Source: Octopus vulgaris | Taxonomy: Eukaryota | Direction: 5' to 3' | Length of the DNA: 64,000 nt | Assembly (NCBI GenBank): GCA_951406725.2 | Contig: OX597831.1 | Coordinates: 14,446,001-14,510,000, forward strand | Position numbers and translations under genes: made by a program | Notes under the pieces: model-generated | Told to the model about the DNA's origin: nothing | The model's input: the letters and a program-made list of their open reading frames with translations, nothing else | The model's database searches: none | In this document: positions 25,225 to 38,973 of the stretch, one piece after another | How positions within the stretch are numbered: position 1 is the stretch's first letter | Layout: each line of letters opens with the position of its first letter

Positions 25225-25700
25225 AAGGTTAGATTAGATTACTTTGATTAAGTTTCGGCCGAAGTTGACTCAAGCTATGTCTAATTTAATAGCACCACCT
25301 GGAAGAAATACACAGTCAGCTCTGGGGAACCGTAGCCCATTCAAGCAGAGGGTTGTATCTGGGTGTGGGTGGTTTATCTGGTATTTGTTGGAGGTAATCA
25401 TCTAGGGATCGTTTGAATGCCGTGAAGTCACTTTCCTCCTTTACGTGTGTCTGGCACGATGCTAAAGAGAGCAGGGCCAATTGAGGTGAAATAGTTCTGT
25501 CATAGTATTGTGATACGATACGAACATTTCTGTAGTGGACGGATGGCACGGGGGCCAAGCCTCGGACGAATTTTAAAAATGGGCAATGTTGATGGAATAT
25601 TTTCCACATCATACAAATGATATAGAGCTCACAGCGGCGGTGGAGGGAGCAAAGCCTGAGCTTTTTGAGTCGATCCCAATAGTCAAGGCTTGACATGTCA
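25225..25700 (-). mobile_element. CR1-clade LINE 3' end fragment
   Basis: LDYWDRLKKLRLCSLHRRCELYIICMMWKI and FTAFKRSLDDYL fit the CR1 C-terminus (YxxRLxxLxLxSLxxRR...FKxxLDxxL); a short tandem tail (aatct) follows. Confidence 0.82.
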
Positions 25701-25705
25701 TCCTC

Positions 25706-26045
25706 CGCAGACCTCCGCCAAGCAGCTCATATTAAGATAGATACGCGAGTAAAATTACTTACAGAGAATCGAAAATAAACTTTGGAAACTAGGTGCAAAC
25801 GATGAACGTGTTTTCAAGGGAGATAATCAAAGAACGTAACATTGTAATACTTCATGTAGAGTAAATATAACAAATGAAAAATCCTTCAAGAATCCATAAA
25901 ACTTTCCGGATCACTAACAAAATTTCATAATCTGTCTCTTGTGTCATTACCAACTTTTTCTGCAAGTTTCATCAAATACCGTTCACAATTTTTTGAGTTA
26001 TTTTGCACACAGACGGACAGACGGACAAACCAACGCTGAAAATCA
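25706..26045 (+). mobile_element. Helentron-associated HINE-type element
   Basis: cgcagacctccgccaagcagctc is shared with 23864; typical body caagtttcatcaaataccgttcacaattttttgagttattttgcacacagacggacagacggacaaaccaacgctg. Confidence 0.7.
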
Positions 26046-26188
26046 ATGCGGCTTTATCATCAGATGCCTGTCATCACTGCAAATGGATATGTCGATCCCA
26101 CATCGGCCTTATCAGCCACGAACGAGCGTGCAGACAACGTGGACAACAGCCTTGCTAACCTTCGTCAACGAAGCCAAGCTAAGATACT

Positions 26189-26960
26189 TGTATGTATGTA
26201 TGTATGTATGTATGTATGTATGTATGTATGTATGTATGTATGTATGTATGTATGTATGTATGTATGTATGTATGTATGTATGTATGTATGTATGTATGTA
26301 TGTACGCATGTATGTATGTATGTATGTATTATGTGTGTATGTATGTATGTATGTATGTATGTACGCATGTATGTATGTATGTATGTATGTATGTATGTGT
26401 GTATGTATGTATGTATGTATGTACGCATGTATGTATGTATGTATGTATGTATGTATGTATGTATGTATGTATGCATGCATGTACGCATGTATGTATGTAT
26501 GTATGTATGTATGTATGTACGCATGTATGTATGTATGTATGTATGTATGTATGTATGTATGTATGTATGTATGTATGTACGTACGCATGTATGTATGTAT
26601 GTATGTATGTATGTATGTATGTATGTATGTATGTACGCATGTATGTATGTATGTATGTATGTATGTACGCATGTATGTATGTATGTATGTATGTATGTAC
26701 GTACGCATGTATGTATGTATGTATGTATGTATGTATGTATGTATGTGTGTGTGTATGTATGTATGTATGTATGCATGTATGTATGTATGCATGCATGTAT
26801 GTATGTATGCATGCATGTATGTATGTGTGTATGTATGTATGTATGTATGTATGTATGTATGCATGTATGTATGTGTGTATGTATGTATGTATGTATGTGT
26901 GTATGTATGTATGTATGTATGTACGCATGTATGTATGTATGTATGTATGTATGTTTGTAT
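26189..26960. repeat. ~770-bp (ATGT)n microsatellite with recurrent gtacgcat variant units
   Basis: Direct reading; source of the 200-400 aa MYVC/HTYI ORFs. Confidence 0.97.
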
Positions 26961-26970
26961 GCATAAACAT

Positions 26971-27298
26971 GTGAAGGTGCGTGGTTTAGTGGTTAGGGGC
27001 ATTCGGCTCATGATCGTAAGGTCGTCAGTTCAATTCTTGGCGGCGCGTTGTATCCTTGAGCAAGACACTTTATTCCACGTTCCTCCAGTGTACTCAGCTG
27101 GCAAAAATGAGTTGTACCTGTATTTCAAGGAGTCATCCATGTCAAACTCTGTGTCACGCTGAATCTCGCCGAAAACTACGTGTTAAGTGCACACGTGTCT
27201 GTGGAGTGCTCAACCACTTGCACGTTAATTTCACGAGCAAGCTGTTCCGTTGATCGTATCAGCCGGGACCCCCATCGTCGCAACCGACGGAGTGCTCC
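26971..27298 (+). mobile_element. SINE family C, full length, 13-bp TSD
   Basis: tatgcataaacat at 26958-26970 and 27301-27313. Confidence 0.93.
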
Positions 27299-28080
27299 TA
27301 TATGCATAAACATAATACAGCGTCTACCAGAAAATCTAAGAGAAATTTTCTACAGACATTACCGAGACTTTAAATTGTAAGACTCGTTCTTCAGATGTAA
27401 ACAAACAAAAACACGTTAATCATTGATACTTTTCGTTTTTCTTTTTTTACATCTTTACATTCTTCAAGCAAATATCAACACACGTCCACGCACGCACATA
27501 CACACATATATATACACACGAATAGACACACTTATGATATATACACGTATGCGTCTGAATGTGCGTGTGAACAAGCTGGTAATACGTCGACGCTCGCAGC
27601 TGCAAAATAACAAGAGAGTGCTCAATACATAACAGAGGAATAGAACCATCTTTATTTCTCAGTAAATCTCATGATTTGTCTCTCGTTTCTATTCGCCAAT
27701 CCATGAAATTATGCATGTGTGTGTGTATGTGTGTATGAGTGGGTGAGTGTGTGTTCGTATTTGTTCCTCACTCTAGCGTGACAACCGGTGTTGGTTTGTT
27801 TACGCCATGAAATTATGCGCGCGCGTGTGTGTGTGTGTGTGTGTGTGTGAATATGAGTGTTTGTTCGTATTTGGTCCTCAGTCTAGCGTAACAACCGGTT
27901 TTGGTTTGTTTGCGTCCATGCAACTTGGTGGTTCGGCTAAAGAGACCTATAGTATAAGTATCAATAAATAAAAATAAGAATTAGGGTTCATCGATTAAAT
28001 CCGACAAGGCGATGACCCCTGCATAATCACAATCGAATGACTGACAAGTATATCTTAAATATATAAATACTTTATATAAT

Positions 28081-28748
28081 AAGGGGTAAAATCACTCATG
28101 ATCTTAGGGGGTCAGCACGAAAATCAAAACCTTATAGGTAAATTTTCTAAATAACATATTAATAATTATATAACATAATCGTGAAGGCGCATGACTCAGT
28201 GGTTAGAGCGTCGAGCTTACGATCGTGAGGTTGTGAGCTCGAATCCCGAATCCCAGACCGGGCTGCGTGTTGAGTTCTTGAGCAAGATACTTTATTTCAC
28301 ATTGCTCCAGTTCACTCAGCCGTAGAGTGCCAAGCTGTATTGGCCCCTTGGATAACACAACTGGCGTGGAGAGTGGAGGCCGGTATGCATGGGAAACTGC
28401 TGGTCTTCCATAAACAACCTTGCCCGGACTTGTGCCTGGAAGGGCAACTTTCTAGGTGCAATCTCATGGTCTTTGTCATGACCGAAGGGGGTCTCAGAAT
28501 CATAACAAGGTATCGGAAACAAGCCTCTCAAGGCGCTGAAATTAGACGCCAAATGACGCTAAAACCTGTGTTTTTGGAGTTTTTAATGTGGCTTTATTGT
28601 CATTTGGCGTCTATTTTCAGCACCTGGAGAGGATTGTTTCTTGTTATAATTATGTATATAATTATTAATATAATATTTAGAAAATTGACTAACAAGCTTT
28701 TTATTTTCGTGCTGACCACCGGATAAAATCATGAATGATTTTATCCTT
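28081..28748. repeat. Inverted repeat (left arm 28081-28180 plus 28498-28557; right arm 28599-28748) interrupted by a SINE
   Basis: ggtcagcacgaaaat/attttcgtgctgacc and tagacgccaaatgac/gtcatttggcgtcta are mirror pairs. Confidence 0.85.
28181..28495 (+). mobile_element. tRNA-derived SINE family D
   Basis: Head gtgaaggcgcatgactcagtggttagagcg; block cttgagcaagatactttatttcacattgctccagttcactcagc shared with family C; distinct tail ctggtcttccataaacaaccttgcccggacttgtg. Confidence 0.9.
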
Positions 28749-29532
28749 TGTTAAATAAATAATATATGAAATTTTTTACTCCGGATCAAAGTTGCATAAA
28801 TCCAATGAAAACACCTGTTAGTTACCAATCCATAGAAAGTTCTACTATAAAGTAACCATATAAACCGTGGCTCCTATGTTTATATATTTAATGAATAAGG
28901 ACAAAATGGAGAAGTAATTAATAAAATTATTTAACTATAAAATATGACAACATATCTGACAGCTGTTTCGATTCAGAAATCTTTAGATAATTAATAATAC
29001 ATACATACATACAAACATAATACATACATACATACATACATGCATACATACATACATACATAATATACATATGCATATACATAACTACCTATGCATACAT
29101 GCACGCACTTACACACACACACACACACACATAAATACATACATACACACATACATGCATAAGTACATACATATACATAACTACCTATGCATACATGCAC
29201 GCATGTACACACGCACACACACACATACACACACACCTATTGACTAATTGAGTAAACCTATCAGTAATATACCTATAATGACAACTGGAAACAGCTGTAA
29301 GTCAAATTTACTCTAACAAAGAAAAATATGTAATAACTACTACTTCTAACTTTTTCTAATATATATATATATATATATATAATCAAAATAAGCAACGAGG
29401 ATATCCAAGGTAGAGTAGTAAAATTGTTTCATGCTACTTCCTTTTATTAAACCCAATAAGTATTACGTCAGTTTTAAAATGTCGAGCAATCTTCAGCCGC
29501 ACACACACACACACACACACACACATACGCAC

Positions 29533-29585
<53 letters not shown>

Positions 29586-29981
29586 AACTACTTCATTCTG
29601 TAAGCTTTATCTCACCGGAGAGAAAGATGTTGTGGGTTACTGCACGCAGTCCCTGAGCATCTCAGTTGGTTGGTGATTTTGTGTGGCTATTCGAGTTATA
29701 TATTTTAGCTCCTATTTCTAGCAATTGCAGGTACTATTTATCACCCTCATTTATTAATTTTACCTGTTTGGTTTTAATTGCTATGACCACCGATATTATA
29801 ATGTATTTAATATATTATTATAATGTATTAATATATCATAACATATTTATTTATCGTTATAATATCTTATTTTATTTATATAAAGTGGTACCTCGGTTTT
29901 TGAACAATTCTGATCTCGGATAAATAGTGCTACACACAGACAAACACACACATGCACACACACACACGCACACACACACAC

Positions 29982-30044
<63 letters not shown>

Positions 30045-30141
30045 TAAATTAGAGACAAAACCACTATTATGTAAATCAAACAAAGAAAGACTTAAGCCAA
30101 TACATAAAATAATTTATATAAATTAAATTTAATTAAAATAA

Positions 30142-30191
30142 CCACTACGATCGTTTTGTGTCAGCACTTCTATGAGACATTCTTCAGGTGG
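30142..30191 (-). ncRNA. Degenerate hammerhead motif (G12 changed to A)
   Basis: CCAC-CUGAAGA-A-UGUC-UCAUAGAAGUGCU-GACA-C-AAA-ACGAUCGU-A-GUGG. Confidence 0.6.
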
Positions 30192-30285
30192 ATTCAAAAC
30201 CTTCTTTGCGAGTATTTTGCTATAAAATTGGATTCAATCCTAAATCTGATTTTTACCTGTAAAATTGGATTTATTCCCTAATATG

Positions 30286-30349
<64 letters not shown>

Positions 30350-30350
<1 letters not shown>

Positions 30351-30530
30351 CTAGCCACTAAACCTTTTCCTATTTTCTCTCCCTGTTTATTTTTGTGTTC
30401 CTTTGTGTCGAAGAGCCTAAGCTCGAAACGTAAAAGACTTTCTCACTTCCCGAGCGTTAAACTAATACATCTGTTTGTTGTTTACACACCCGTCTTCATC
30501 TTTTGTTTTTTTGTTTTGTAAATTCTCACT
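30350..30530 (+). mobile_element. PLE pLTR remnant with a U6 hammerhead-like motif at 30401-30436
   Basis: CUUU-GUGUCGA-A-GAGC-CUAA-GCUC-GAA-ACGU-A-AAAG; homologous to 23470-23657. Confidence 0.65.
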
Positions 30531-30605
30531 ATATCTCTTATGATAAAATGCAGATTTTCTCTGCCTCTGACATAGTTTGTTTTTAATACAATTGTACAAT
30601 ATAGA

Positions 30606-30977
30606 ATTTCTTCAATTGGAATTTACCTATGATTTATCGAAGTAGATTCGATTGGGTCATGGCATATCAATTTTTTTCAATTCGAGAAAACTAAATATTT
30701 TACGATTTGCCTCTCTCATATCAACTGCTTCACTCCTTCTATTACCACACTTTCTCCTACTTTCTCTTTGCAAGTGTACCTTAAACCACTACTCAAAAAA
30801 AATACACAGGAAACAGAAACAAATAAATACATAACGATTTACTCCTCACACAATTTCTTCAATTGGAATTTACCTATGATTTTTCGAAGTACATCTATTG
30901 GGTCATGGCATTGAAATTTCTTTCAATTTGACCCCCAATTAAGCAAAAATTCGAGAAAACTCAATATTTTACGATTG
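30606..30977. repeat. Direct repeat of ~100-125 bp (30606-30708 / 30852-30977)
   Basis: aatttcttcaattggaatttacctatgattt...attgggtcatggcat...aattcgagaaaact.aatattttacgatt occurs twice; probably inside an unidentified transposon. Confidence 0.8.
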
Positions 30978-31106
30978 GTTTTTAATTTACATTCTGTCGC
31001 TAAGTTTGCGTAGTATTAATTTGCGAGCGTACTTCAGTTGTCAATTGTTGAAAGAAAGAAATTATAAGCTAAGAAGGTGTGTGTGTGTGTGTGTGTGTCT
31101 GTGTGT

Positions 31107-31139
<33 letters not shown>

Positions 31140-31209
31140 TAGGAAGTAAAGGATAAAAATATGGCCAGAAGTGGACAGATGTACATATATACATACATCC
31201 ATACATATA

Positions 31210-31241
<32 letters not shown>

Positions 31242-31276
31242 ATTGTGTATGTATGTGTATTAATGTGTGTGTGTTA

Positions 31277-31667
31277 TCTCTCTCTATATAAAGCTGAAGT
31301 TGTCTGTGTGCGGCAGGTTTGGTAGCCTTCAACTAACACTATCTCCTCCGAGACCCTGCGGCGCAGGTTGACCAAAATTGAGAGTATGATAGAAGAAGGG
31401 CTGCTCTTCCTTCCGTACAAGATAAAATGCAAATCGGACCATGTTAACACCAAAAATTATTTACATCAAAAAGGTTCTTTTTTCTATGAAAATCCATATG
31501 TTTTACGATTTTTTCACTGCTGTGTCGCTACTTTTCGGTGTATTTCAACCAGAAAAATGTTCACTTGAAGAGAATAACAAGCTACATAATGCAACATTTT
31601 TACTTTTCAAAAATTCCAATTCCAGCGGGTCGAAACAAACCCGAGCAACGCCGGGCGATACTGCTAG
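31277..31667 (+). mobile_element. Non-autonomous Helitron, complete
   Basis: 5' TCTCTCTCTATATAAAG; 3' hairpin cccgagcaacgccggg followed by ...ctgCTAG; inserted between A and T with no TSD. Confidence 0.88.
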
Positions 31668-32136
31668 TATATGTATATATATATGTGCATATATGTATAT
31701 ATATGGATTTGGTTTGCAAGATTCTTTATAGGGGTTCTTGTGTTGAAGCATATTCTGTTCAGACACAACAGAATATATATATATATATATTAACGGGTTG
31801 TCTTAGCTAGTTATATTTTCTTGGGCATAAAAAAGAGCCGATCATGTCTTTTTCTCGTACACGAAACTTTAAGTAACACAAGGATCTCAGTGAAACTGCT
31901 TGCAACAACTTTAGTTACCTGTGTTGCGTTTCTCTTTCGTTCGGTTATTCACTTACCTGTGTGTGTGTGTGTGTGTGTGTTTGAGTGTTTGTGCGTGAGC
32001 GGATGCGCATTTCATTATATGTAAATATGAGTGATGATGATGATGATGAAGGTGCTGGGTGGTGGTGGTGAGGGTGGTGGTGGTGATGGTTGTTATGGTG
32101 GCGTTGTTTAGAGAAGAATCGTAAATCGGTAAAACA

Positions 32137-32175
<39 letters not shown>

Positions 32176-32179
32176 CTCT

Positions 32180-32388
32180 TACCTTTATCACAGCTGCAGC
32201 TTCTTCAAGCTGCCCCACCCACTAACTCCCCTCCCCCACAACAACAACAAAAAGCTGCTGCCACTACCATCTCACTACATCATCACGTCCACTAGCGCCA
32301 TCACCACCACCACCACCAACACTACCATTATGACGATGACCATCACCATCACCATCACCACCACTACCACCGCCACCAACACCACCAT

Positions 32389-32450
<62 letters not shown>

Positions 32451-33048
32451 GTTTTCCCTCTTGCCATTGATGCCGGTCTCCATAGCAACAAGCCAGGGCC
32501 ACGATAAACAAATCACCGTTGGTGCAGACAGCTGCAAATAGAGATGATGTCATATCCTCCGCTGCATCTCATCGCCGTCTGTCTGTCTGTCTGTCTGTCT
32601 GTCGCTGCACATTGCATTACCTGTTGCTACAGCACAGCTGTTGCACACATAGCAGCAGCAGCAGAAGCAGCAACAGCAGCTGCTGATGCATCGATTGTTT
32701 ATAGCAGCAGCAACAACAGCAGCAGCAGCGAGGAAACCAGGAGCTACAGCAGCAGCAGCAGCAGCAGTGGTAGCAGTGGTAGCAGCGGTAGCAGCGGTAG
32801 CAGCAGACTCTGCAGCTTCGTATCACAGCTACCATTAGAAAGGTTACGGTTTCCTCCTCCACCTCCTCCTCCTCCCCCTCCGCATCGGGTTCATTTTGTG
32901 ACACCACCATCGTCCGACTCCTTTCTTTTTACTCCTCTTACTACTACTACTACCACTACCACTACTACTACTACTACTAGTACGACATCCGGCATCACCA
33001 CCGCAGCTCATCACAGTGAATTCGTATATTGATTGATCACAAAAGTCG
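32180..33048 (+). other. Candidate non-coding 5' exon / promoter island 1
   Basis: TE-free, triplet-repeat-rich unique sequence ending at a consensus donor TCG|GTAAGT (GT at 33049). The start position is uncertain. Confidence 0.4.
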
Positions 33049-33297
33049 GTAAGTTGGAATAAAACAATGAAAGAAAGAAAGAAAGAAATGAAAAAAGAAA
33101 ACAAGAAAGAAAGAAAGAAAGAGAAAAGAAGACGGAGAGACCGCGAATGAAATCGAACCCTCTACCGCGACATTACCGGATATTTATTTTGCTAATTTCG
33201 GGGGCGGCGGCCTGGCTGGAGAGGTGGATCGCAGTGAGATTTGAACTTGTTATATTAGAATAGTTTTAGCCATCGGTTTTTGGACGAATCCTAAATC

Positions 33298-33879
33298 TTT
33301 TGATTGTTTCATTCATTGGACCGAGGCCATGCTGGGGCACCACCTTGAACGGCTTTGTTGAGCACATTGACCCCAGTATTTGTAAGAGCCTGGAACATAT
33401 TCTATCGGTCTCTTTTGCCGAAGGGCTTAGTCATAGGGACGTAAAGACATGAACACCGGTTGTGATGCAGTGGTGAGGGACAAACAGACATAAAGACACA
33501 CACACATACACATATATGCATATATGCACATACTGTTGGCTTCTTTCAGTTTCCGTCTTCCATATCTACTCACAAGGCCTTGGTCGACCCGAGGCTACAG
33601 TAGAAGACCTTGTCCACTGTGCCACGTAATGGGACTGAACCTGGTACCATGTGGTTGAGAAGCGTAGTTCTACACAGCCATACGCGCGCGCACACACATA
33701 CACACGCGTATATACGATGGGTTTCTTTCAGTTTCCGTCAATCAAATTCTGTCACAAGGCTTTGGTCGATCCGGGGCTGTAATAGAAGACGCTTGCTCAA
33801 GGTTCCACGCAATGGAACTGAACTGAAGACGACAAGGATGAGAAGCAAGCACCTTAACCACACACCCACTCCTGGGCCT
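33298..33879 (-). mobile_element. Two tandem family B SINEs (older)
   Basis: ttctttcagtttccgtc body at ~33541 and ~33723. Confidence 0.85.
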
Positions 33880-33924
33880 AGCAAGGTTCTTACACGTTGA
33901 TGATTATTTTGTAAAGGAGTAAAT

Positions 33925-34220
33925 GGAGGCGCAATGGCCCAGTGGTTAGGGCAGTGGACTCGCGGTCGGAGGATCACGGTTTCGATTCCCAGACCGAGCG
34001 TTTTGTGTGTTTATTGACCGAAAACATCTAAAAGATCCACGAGGCTCCAGTAGAGGGGGGGGTGATCCCTGTGGTACTCTTTCGCCACAACTTTCTCTCA
34101 CTCTCTCTTCCTGTTTCTTGAGTAACGCTGCGATGGACTGGCGTCAGCTGGGGGGAACACAATCGACACAGAAACCGGGAAACCGGGCCCATGAGATTGG
34201 CTAGGCTTGAAAAGGGCGAA
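33925..34220 (+). mobile_element. tRNA-derived SINE family E with an L2/V-SINE-like 3' part
   Basis: A box tggcccagtggtt, B box ggtttcgattcc, 3' part gctgcgatggactggcgtc...gaaaccggg; ggagtaa is duplicated on both flanks. Confidence 0.8.
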
Positions 34221-34498
34221 AACAAAATGGAGTAAGTAAGGCCCTCGCTTTTCTGGTTCGTGAGTTTAGTCGTTTATTCCGACCCCAGTAACTGACTGCT
34301 CCTTTATTTTATCGATCTCAGAAGGATGGATGCTAATCTTGACCTCATTGCTAGTTGAACCCCGAACCTAAACAGCTGGATTATAAAGGATTTTGTCTGA
34401 CGCTCTAATGATTCTCTTAATCAATTACCATTATAATTTATTCTAAGATTGCAGGTAAAAAATTTATGAGCAGGTGGTTGGTCGCTTATAGGGTAAAG

Positions 34499-34840
34499 AA
34501 CCGCTTGGAGGTCATGAATGACCATGGGGTTGCACCTTGAAAGTTCCCCTCAAAGACACAAGTCCGGGCAAGGTTGTTTATAGAAGACCAGCAGTCACCC
34601 ATGCATACCAGTGACCCCTCTCCACGCTACTGATGTTATCCAAGGGAAAGGCAAAGGGGTCGATACAGCTTGGCACCAGTGAATGTCGCAACTCATTTCT
34701 ACAGCTGAGGGAACTGGAGCAACGTGAAATAAAGTGTCTTGCCCAAAAAACACAACATAACACACAGTTCGGTCCAGGAATCGAACTCATTATCATATGA
34801 TTGTGAGCCCGATGCTCTTACCACTGAGCCATGCACCTTC
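34499..34840 (-). mobile_element. SINE family D
   Basis: Reverse-complement homologue of 28181-28495. Confidence 0.88.
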
Positions 34841-35249
34841 TTATATAATCAAGTATTTGACTGTCGCTTTAACTTATGCAGCCCCAAACAGATAAAATGA
34901 AGTGTTGGCCTCAATGGGATTTGAAATCGTAACGTAAAGAACTGGAACCTAAACCGTAAGGCGTGTTTGTCTGATGCTCTCAGGATTCGACCAACCCGAG
35001 GCCTTAGTTATTGCTCCAAATTGTTTCTAATTTAGACTTATGGGCAACAATTTTGAAAGGAGGGGTTTAAGTTGGTAACAAGAAGGGTTGTTTTAACGAC
35101 TCCTGAAACGACGAAAGATAAAGCTGACTTTGATAGGATTTGAACACTGAACACATGGAGCCTGAGCAAATACCGAAAGAAATTTTGTTTGACCTTGTAA
35201 TGCTCCTGCTAATGACGTACCCCGTATCGCCCTTATAATAAAGGTAATC

Positions 35250-35570
35250 CTTTCTACTATAGGTAAAAGGTTTGAAATTTTAGGATGTAGGATTACTCAA
35301 ATACATCAAACCCAGTGTTTGATGTTTTCAAATTTTGGCACAAGGCCAGTAAATTTACATCAACCCCAGTGCGTAGCTGGTACTTGTTTTATCGACTCCG
35401 AAAGAATGAAAGGCAAAGTCGACCTCGGCAGAATTTGAACTCAGAACATAAAGACAGCCGAAATGTCACTAAGTATTTTGACCGACCCGAGAACGAGTCT
35501 GCCAGCTTGCTAAAAATAAGAACGTTTGTCTCAAATTTTGACACAAAGCCTGTAAATTTTGAGGGAGAGG
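35250..35570 (-). mobile_element. Decayed family A-related SINE fragments
   Basis: aatgaaaggcaaagtcgacctcggcagaatttgaactcagaac. Confidence 0.75.
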
Positions 35571-36829
35571 GTGTGCCAGTGAGGCACATACCAGAAACCT
35601 TTTCGTGGAGCAGGGTTAATCATTTGACTTTATTTTATCGACACTGGAAAGACGAAAGAGGAAGGATAAAAACAAAAAAAAAAAGAAGCAGAATAGAAAA
35701 AGAGCAACGGATAAGAGAGACGTCACTAAGACAGGTTACAAAAATGTATGGGAATTTACAAAGAACTGGAATAAAAATAATGCTGTGCTACGAAGTGCTA
35801 CAAAGAAATGGAATGATAGAGTGTTGTGTAAACACTTGTGGCTCTCGAGTCTTTTTGCCTTCGCACCACACTGGAGACGAAATGAAAATATAATTATTGG
35901 CGCGCTTCGCAAGTAAAAAAAACAAAACAGAAACAGCAACAGAGCAACAAAAAGCCATGGTTTTATGATAATAAAAGAGAAGAAACATATAGATAAAACT
36001 AATATTCTTTTGTTCTTTTATCCTTTTATTCTTTTACATGTTTCAGTTATTTGACTGTGGCCATGCTGGAGCTCCACCTGAAAGGGCTTTTTTATTTGTC
36101 GAAGAAATCGACCCCAGGACATGCAAGGTGCCGGATATTGGATTGTTTATGTACTTGTTACTTCGCAGTTCAGCTCCCACCAAGAGAGCCTTAAAATAAG
36201 TTTTAGATTTAAAATAAATACCAGAGTTAATTTGTTCGACTTAACCAAACCTTTCAAAGCTGTGCCCCAGCATGGCCGCAGTCCAATACGTGAAACAAAT
36301 AAAAAAAGAAAATACATGCAAAGTATTAGATTGGGATTTCTATAATTTGAAATTATTCTTTTAAAAATTCGTGACATTCTCCATTTGGGGATAACCATTG
36401 TTTTTGGATATGATCTGTGAACCGAAAGAGATTTAGCTGCTGTTTCTAGCGTCTTGAGTAACCGCGTAAAAGAATCATTCCAGAGGAAATATTGGCACGC
36501 CGTTGCAGGAGGGCTTATTCCAGGAGGTAGTCTGCTCGGCTAGAAATGGCAACTAAATTACCCTCATAACACACTATCACGCTCTGATAGTGTGATACGG
36601 TGATACATTGATTGACGTAGCTGGGAATTCCTGACTCGTCAGAAAAAGAATGAGCGAGTCACGGCTGGAATGCCCATTTTCTTTTGTTTTTTTTCATAGA
36701 TTTGCTCGATCACAACTGACCAGTAAGTAGTCACCCCCCTAAAATTAAAACACTTTCAGCTTTTACCATCAAAACATGGACCACTGTCCGACCCTCTTTG
36801 CCTGGGGGTGGGATAATAATTAACTGGAG

Positions 36830-38160
36830 CCCAGCAGAGCGTATGATTAGTCCCACATGAAAGACAGCTGTTTCCGCATGTTTCTAATCCACGGGTATGG
36901 AAAAATGGCTTCGAAGAACTATCTCGTTACTTGCGGCACACCTGTGATACACTCGACTGATAGCATTTCCATTCTTGTAGAACCAGTAATTACCAGAGAC
37001 AACAGTGCTAAGGCGGGTGTTTCTGAAAGGTACCCATCGCTCCTGAAGTGAAAGTCTTCCCCCAATAAACTACTTTGCTGGTTTTTGTCTACGTCCAGAT
37101 CCTTTTTGAGAACTTCGTCGTTCATATATGCCACCAACCCTCTATGGAATGCTAAGGTAGATGCTCTGTCGATCACCATAACCAACTCATTGAAAAAATA
37201 GGTGCCTGAAACATCGTTGATGCTTGACTCCTAATCATTGTCTTTAGTAGATTCAGGATGGCAGCTCCATCGGCGAGACGAGTTGTGAGAGAGTGGCCTT
37301 TACAAACGCCGATCGTAGCATTTCAGCTCGTTGTCTGCGAGTCACTGCAAACACTACAGCTCCAGTACATGCCAGGACATAACGATCGTTTTATAAAGAG
37401 AAGTTTGATGGCAAATAGACATGCTAACTACGGGAATCAGACCTTTCTACAACAAGCGAAAAGAATAGATACTCCCAACCTGGTCAGATGCAACCCAAGA
37501 CCGGTCAGAACGATGTTGGCGTTTATCATCACTGATATTTCAGGTATAGCCTCACCTCGGCCCCTTTCTGAGCGAGACTGACTGACCCTCCTCCGAGCCT
37601 TCACTCATTTCCTAATCACCTAAAAATTCTAATTGAACCAGACCTCAAGCACCTTAAATGGACAGTTGACCGAATGCAAAATACAAAGCCGTTGGTGTGT
37701 CCTGATTAACGCGTGCTTCTGTTAATACACATCAATTAAGTATAACACTAATCACCTCGGTACCCGATGGCCACAATGCTTAACTCTGCTACCAGCAGAG
37801 CCATGATGCTGAAAACATTTCTACATTGAGTCCTTACTTGGCGTCCTTCATGGGGACTGTCACCATTCTTTGGTACGCACTACAGTTTATCTGCAGTTCT
37901 CATACAGAGGGTCAAGCAAGCCTGATATACTTCTGTAAACTTCGCAGGCAAAACCAGCAAGTACTGGTCACTTGACGATTCGAAGAGCTGCACATTCTGC
38001 AGAGCCAATAAATCCTATTTTCGCTGTTCCAAATCTGTTGTGAATCACAGCAGATCGTCGGGGGTAGGTACCGGATTCCACTCTCCAACCATCGCACTCC
38101 TCTCTGATTCGGATGCCACGGGGGCTCCACTGCTGACTCGGCCCTGCCAAACGCACCCTA
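36830..38160 (-). mobile_element. Highly decayed L1/Tx1-like LINE ORF2 (thumb to C-terminal Zn-binding region)
   Basis: Minus-strand peptides across frameshifts: PFKVLEVWF (~37635-37661, KxLGVWF-like), AFVKATLSQLVSPMELPS*I (~37250-37309) and WFYKNGNAISRVYHRCAASNEIVL (~36913-36984, decayed CxxC..ET..H). Family assignment is from recalled motifs. Confidence 0.55.
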
Positions 38161-38425
38161 ACTGGTTAGCGCAACCATCGAGTTTAGCCTCAGGGAATTA
38201 GTCGAGTGCCATTCTCTTGCCGTTGCCATAGTGGTAATGATGATGATGATGGAGAAAGTGCTGCAGTGATGATGATGATGATGACGGTGGTGATAGTGGT
38301 GGCGGTGGTGGTTAAAGTGGGTGGACAATGACGAAAACGTTGTGTGTGTATGTGGGGGGGGGACTGTTTAGATGTTGACGACGACACTGATGATGAGTAA
38401 GAGGAGGAAGATAACGGTGGTGGTA

Positions 38426-38462
<37 letters not shown>

Positions 38463-38927
38463 CGATGGTGCTGGTGGTGGTGGTGATGAGGACGGCGATG
38501 CCGATACGACAACAGCCACTACGGCCTTGGCTACGTACGATGTTCTTCTGCTTCTTCTTCTTCTATCGCTGCTCTTATCCACCGATGATGCTCTTGCTGC
38601 TGTCTCTACCAACAGCATCCCCAGTTGCGTGTGCCTGCGTGCGTGCATGCGCACACAATTACGTTAATTGTACACACGCGCGCATATATACTACATGTGT
38701 ACGCGTGTGTAAATAAATATATATATGTATATATATCCAAGCAAATGCTAATTTGCCACGGTGGTGCTCCAGCATGACCGCAGCTGAATGGCTGAAACGG
38801 ATGAAAGAATATGTATATATATATATGTATATATACACGCATAGATGTACGCGCATATATGTAAATATATATATGTGCGTACGTGTGCGCGAGCCTGCAC
38901 GCGTAATTGTAAATGCATAAGTGTATA

Positions 38928-38973
<46 letters not shown>

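Noticed and set aside
25939-27162. Longest ORFs in the track (407, 306, 299, 260 aa) and all YI/CV/HT/LS/MYVC-rich ORFs
   Set aside because: They are translations of stop-free microsatellites and are open in several frames on both strands.
33925-34000. tRNA genes at SINE heads (also 10874, 26971, 28181, 53545)
   Set aside because: A/B boxes are present but acceptor stems do not pair, and each runs directly into a repeat body.
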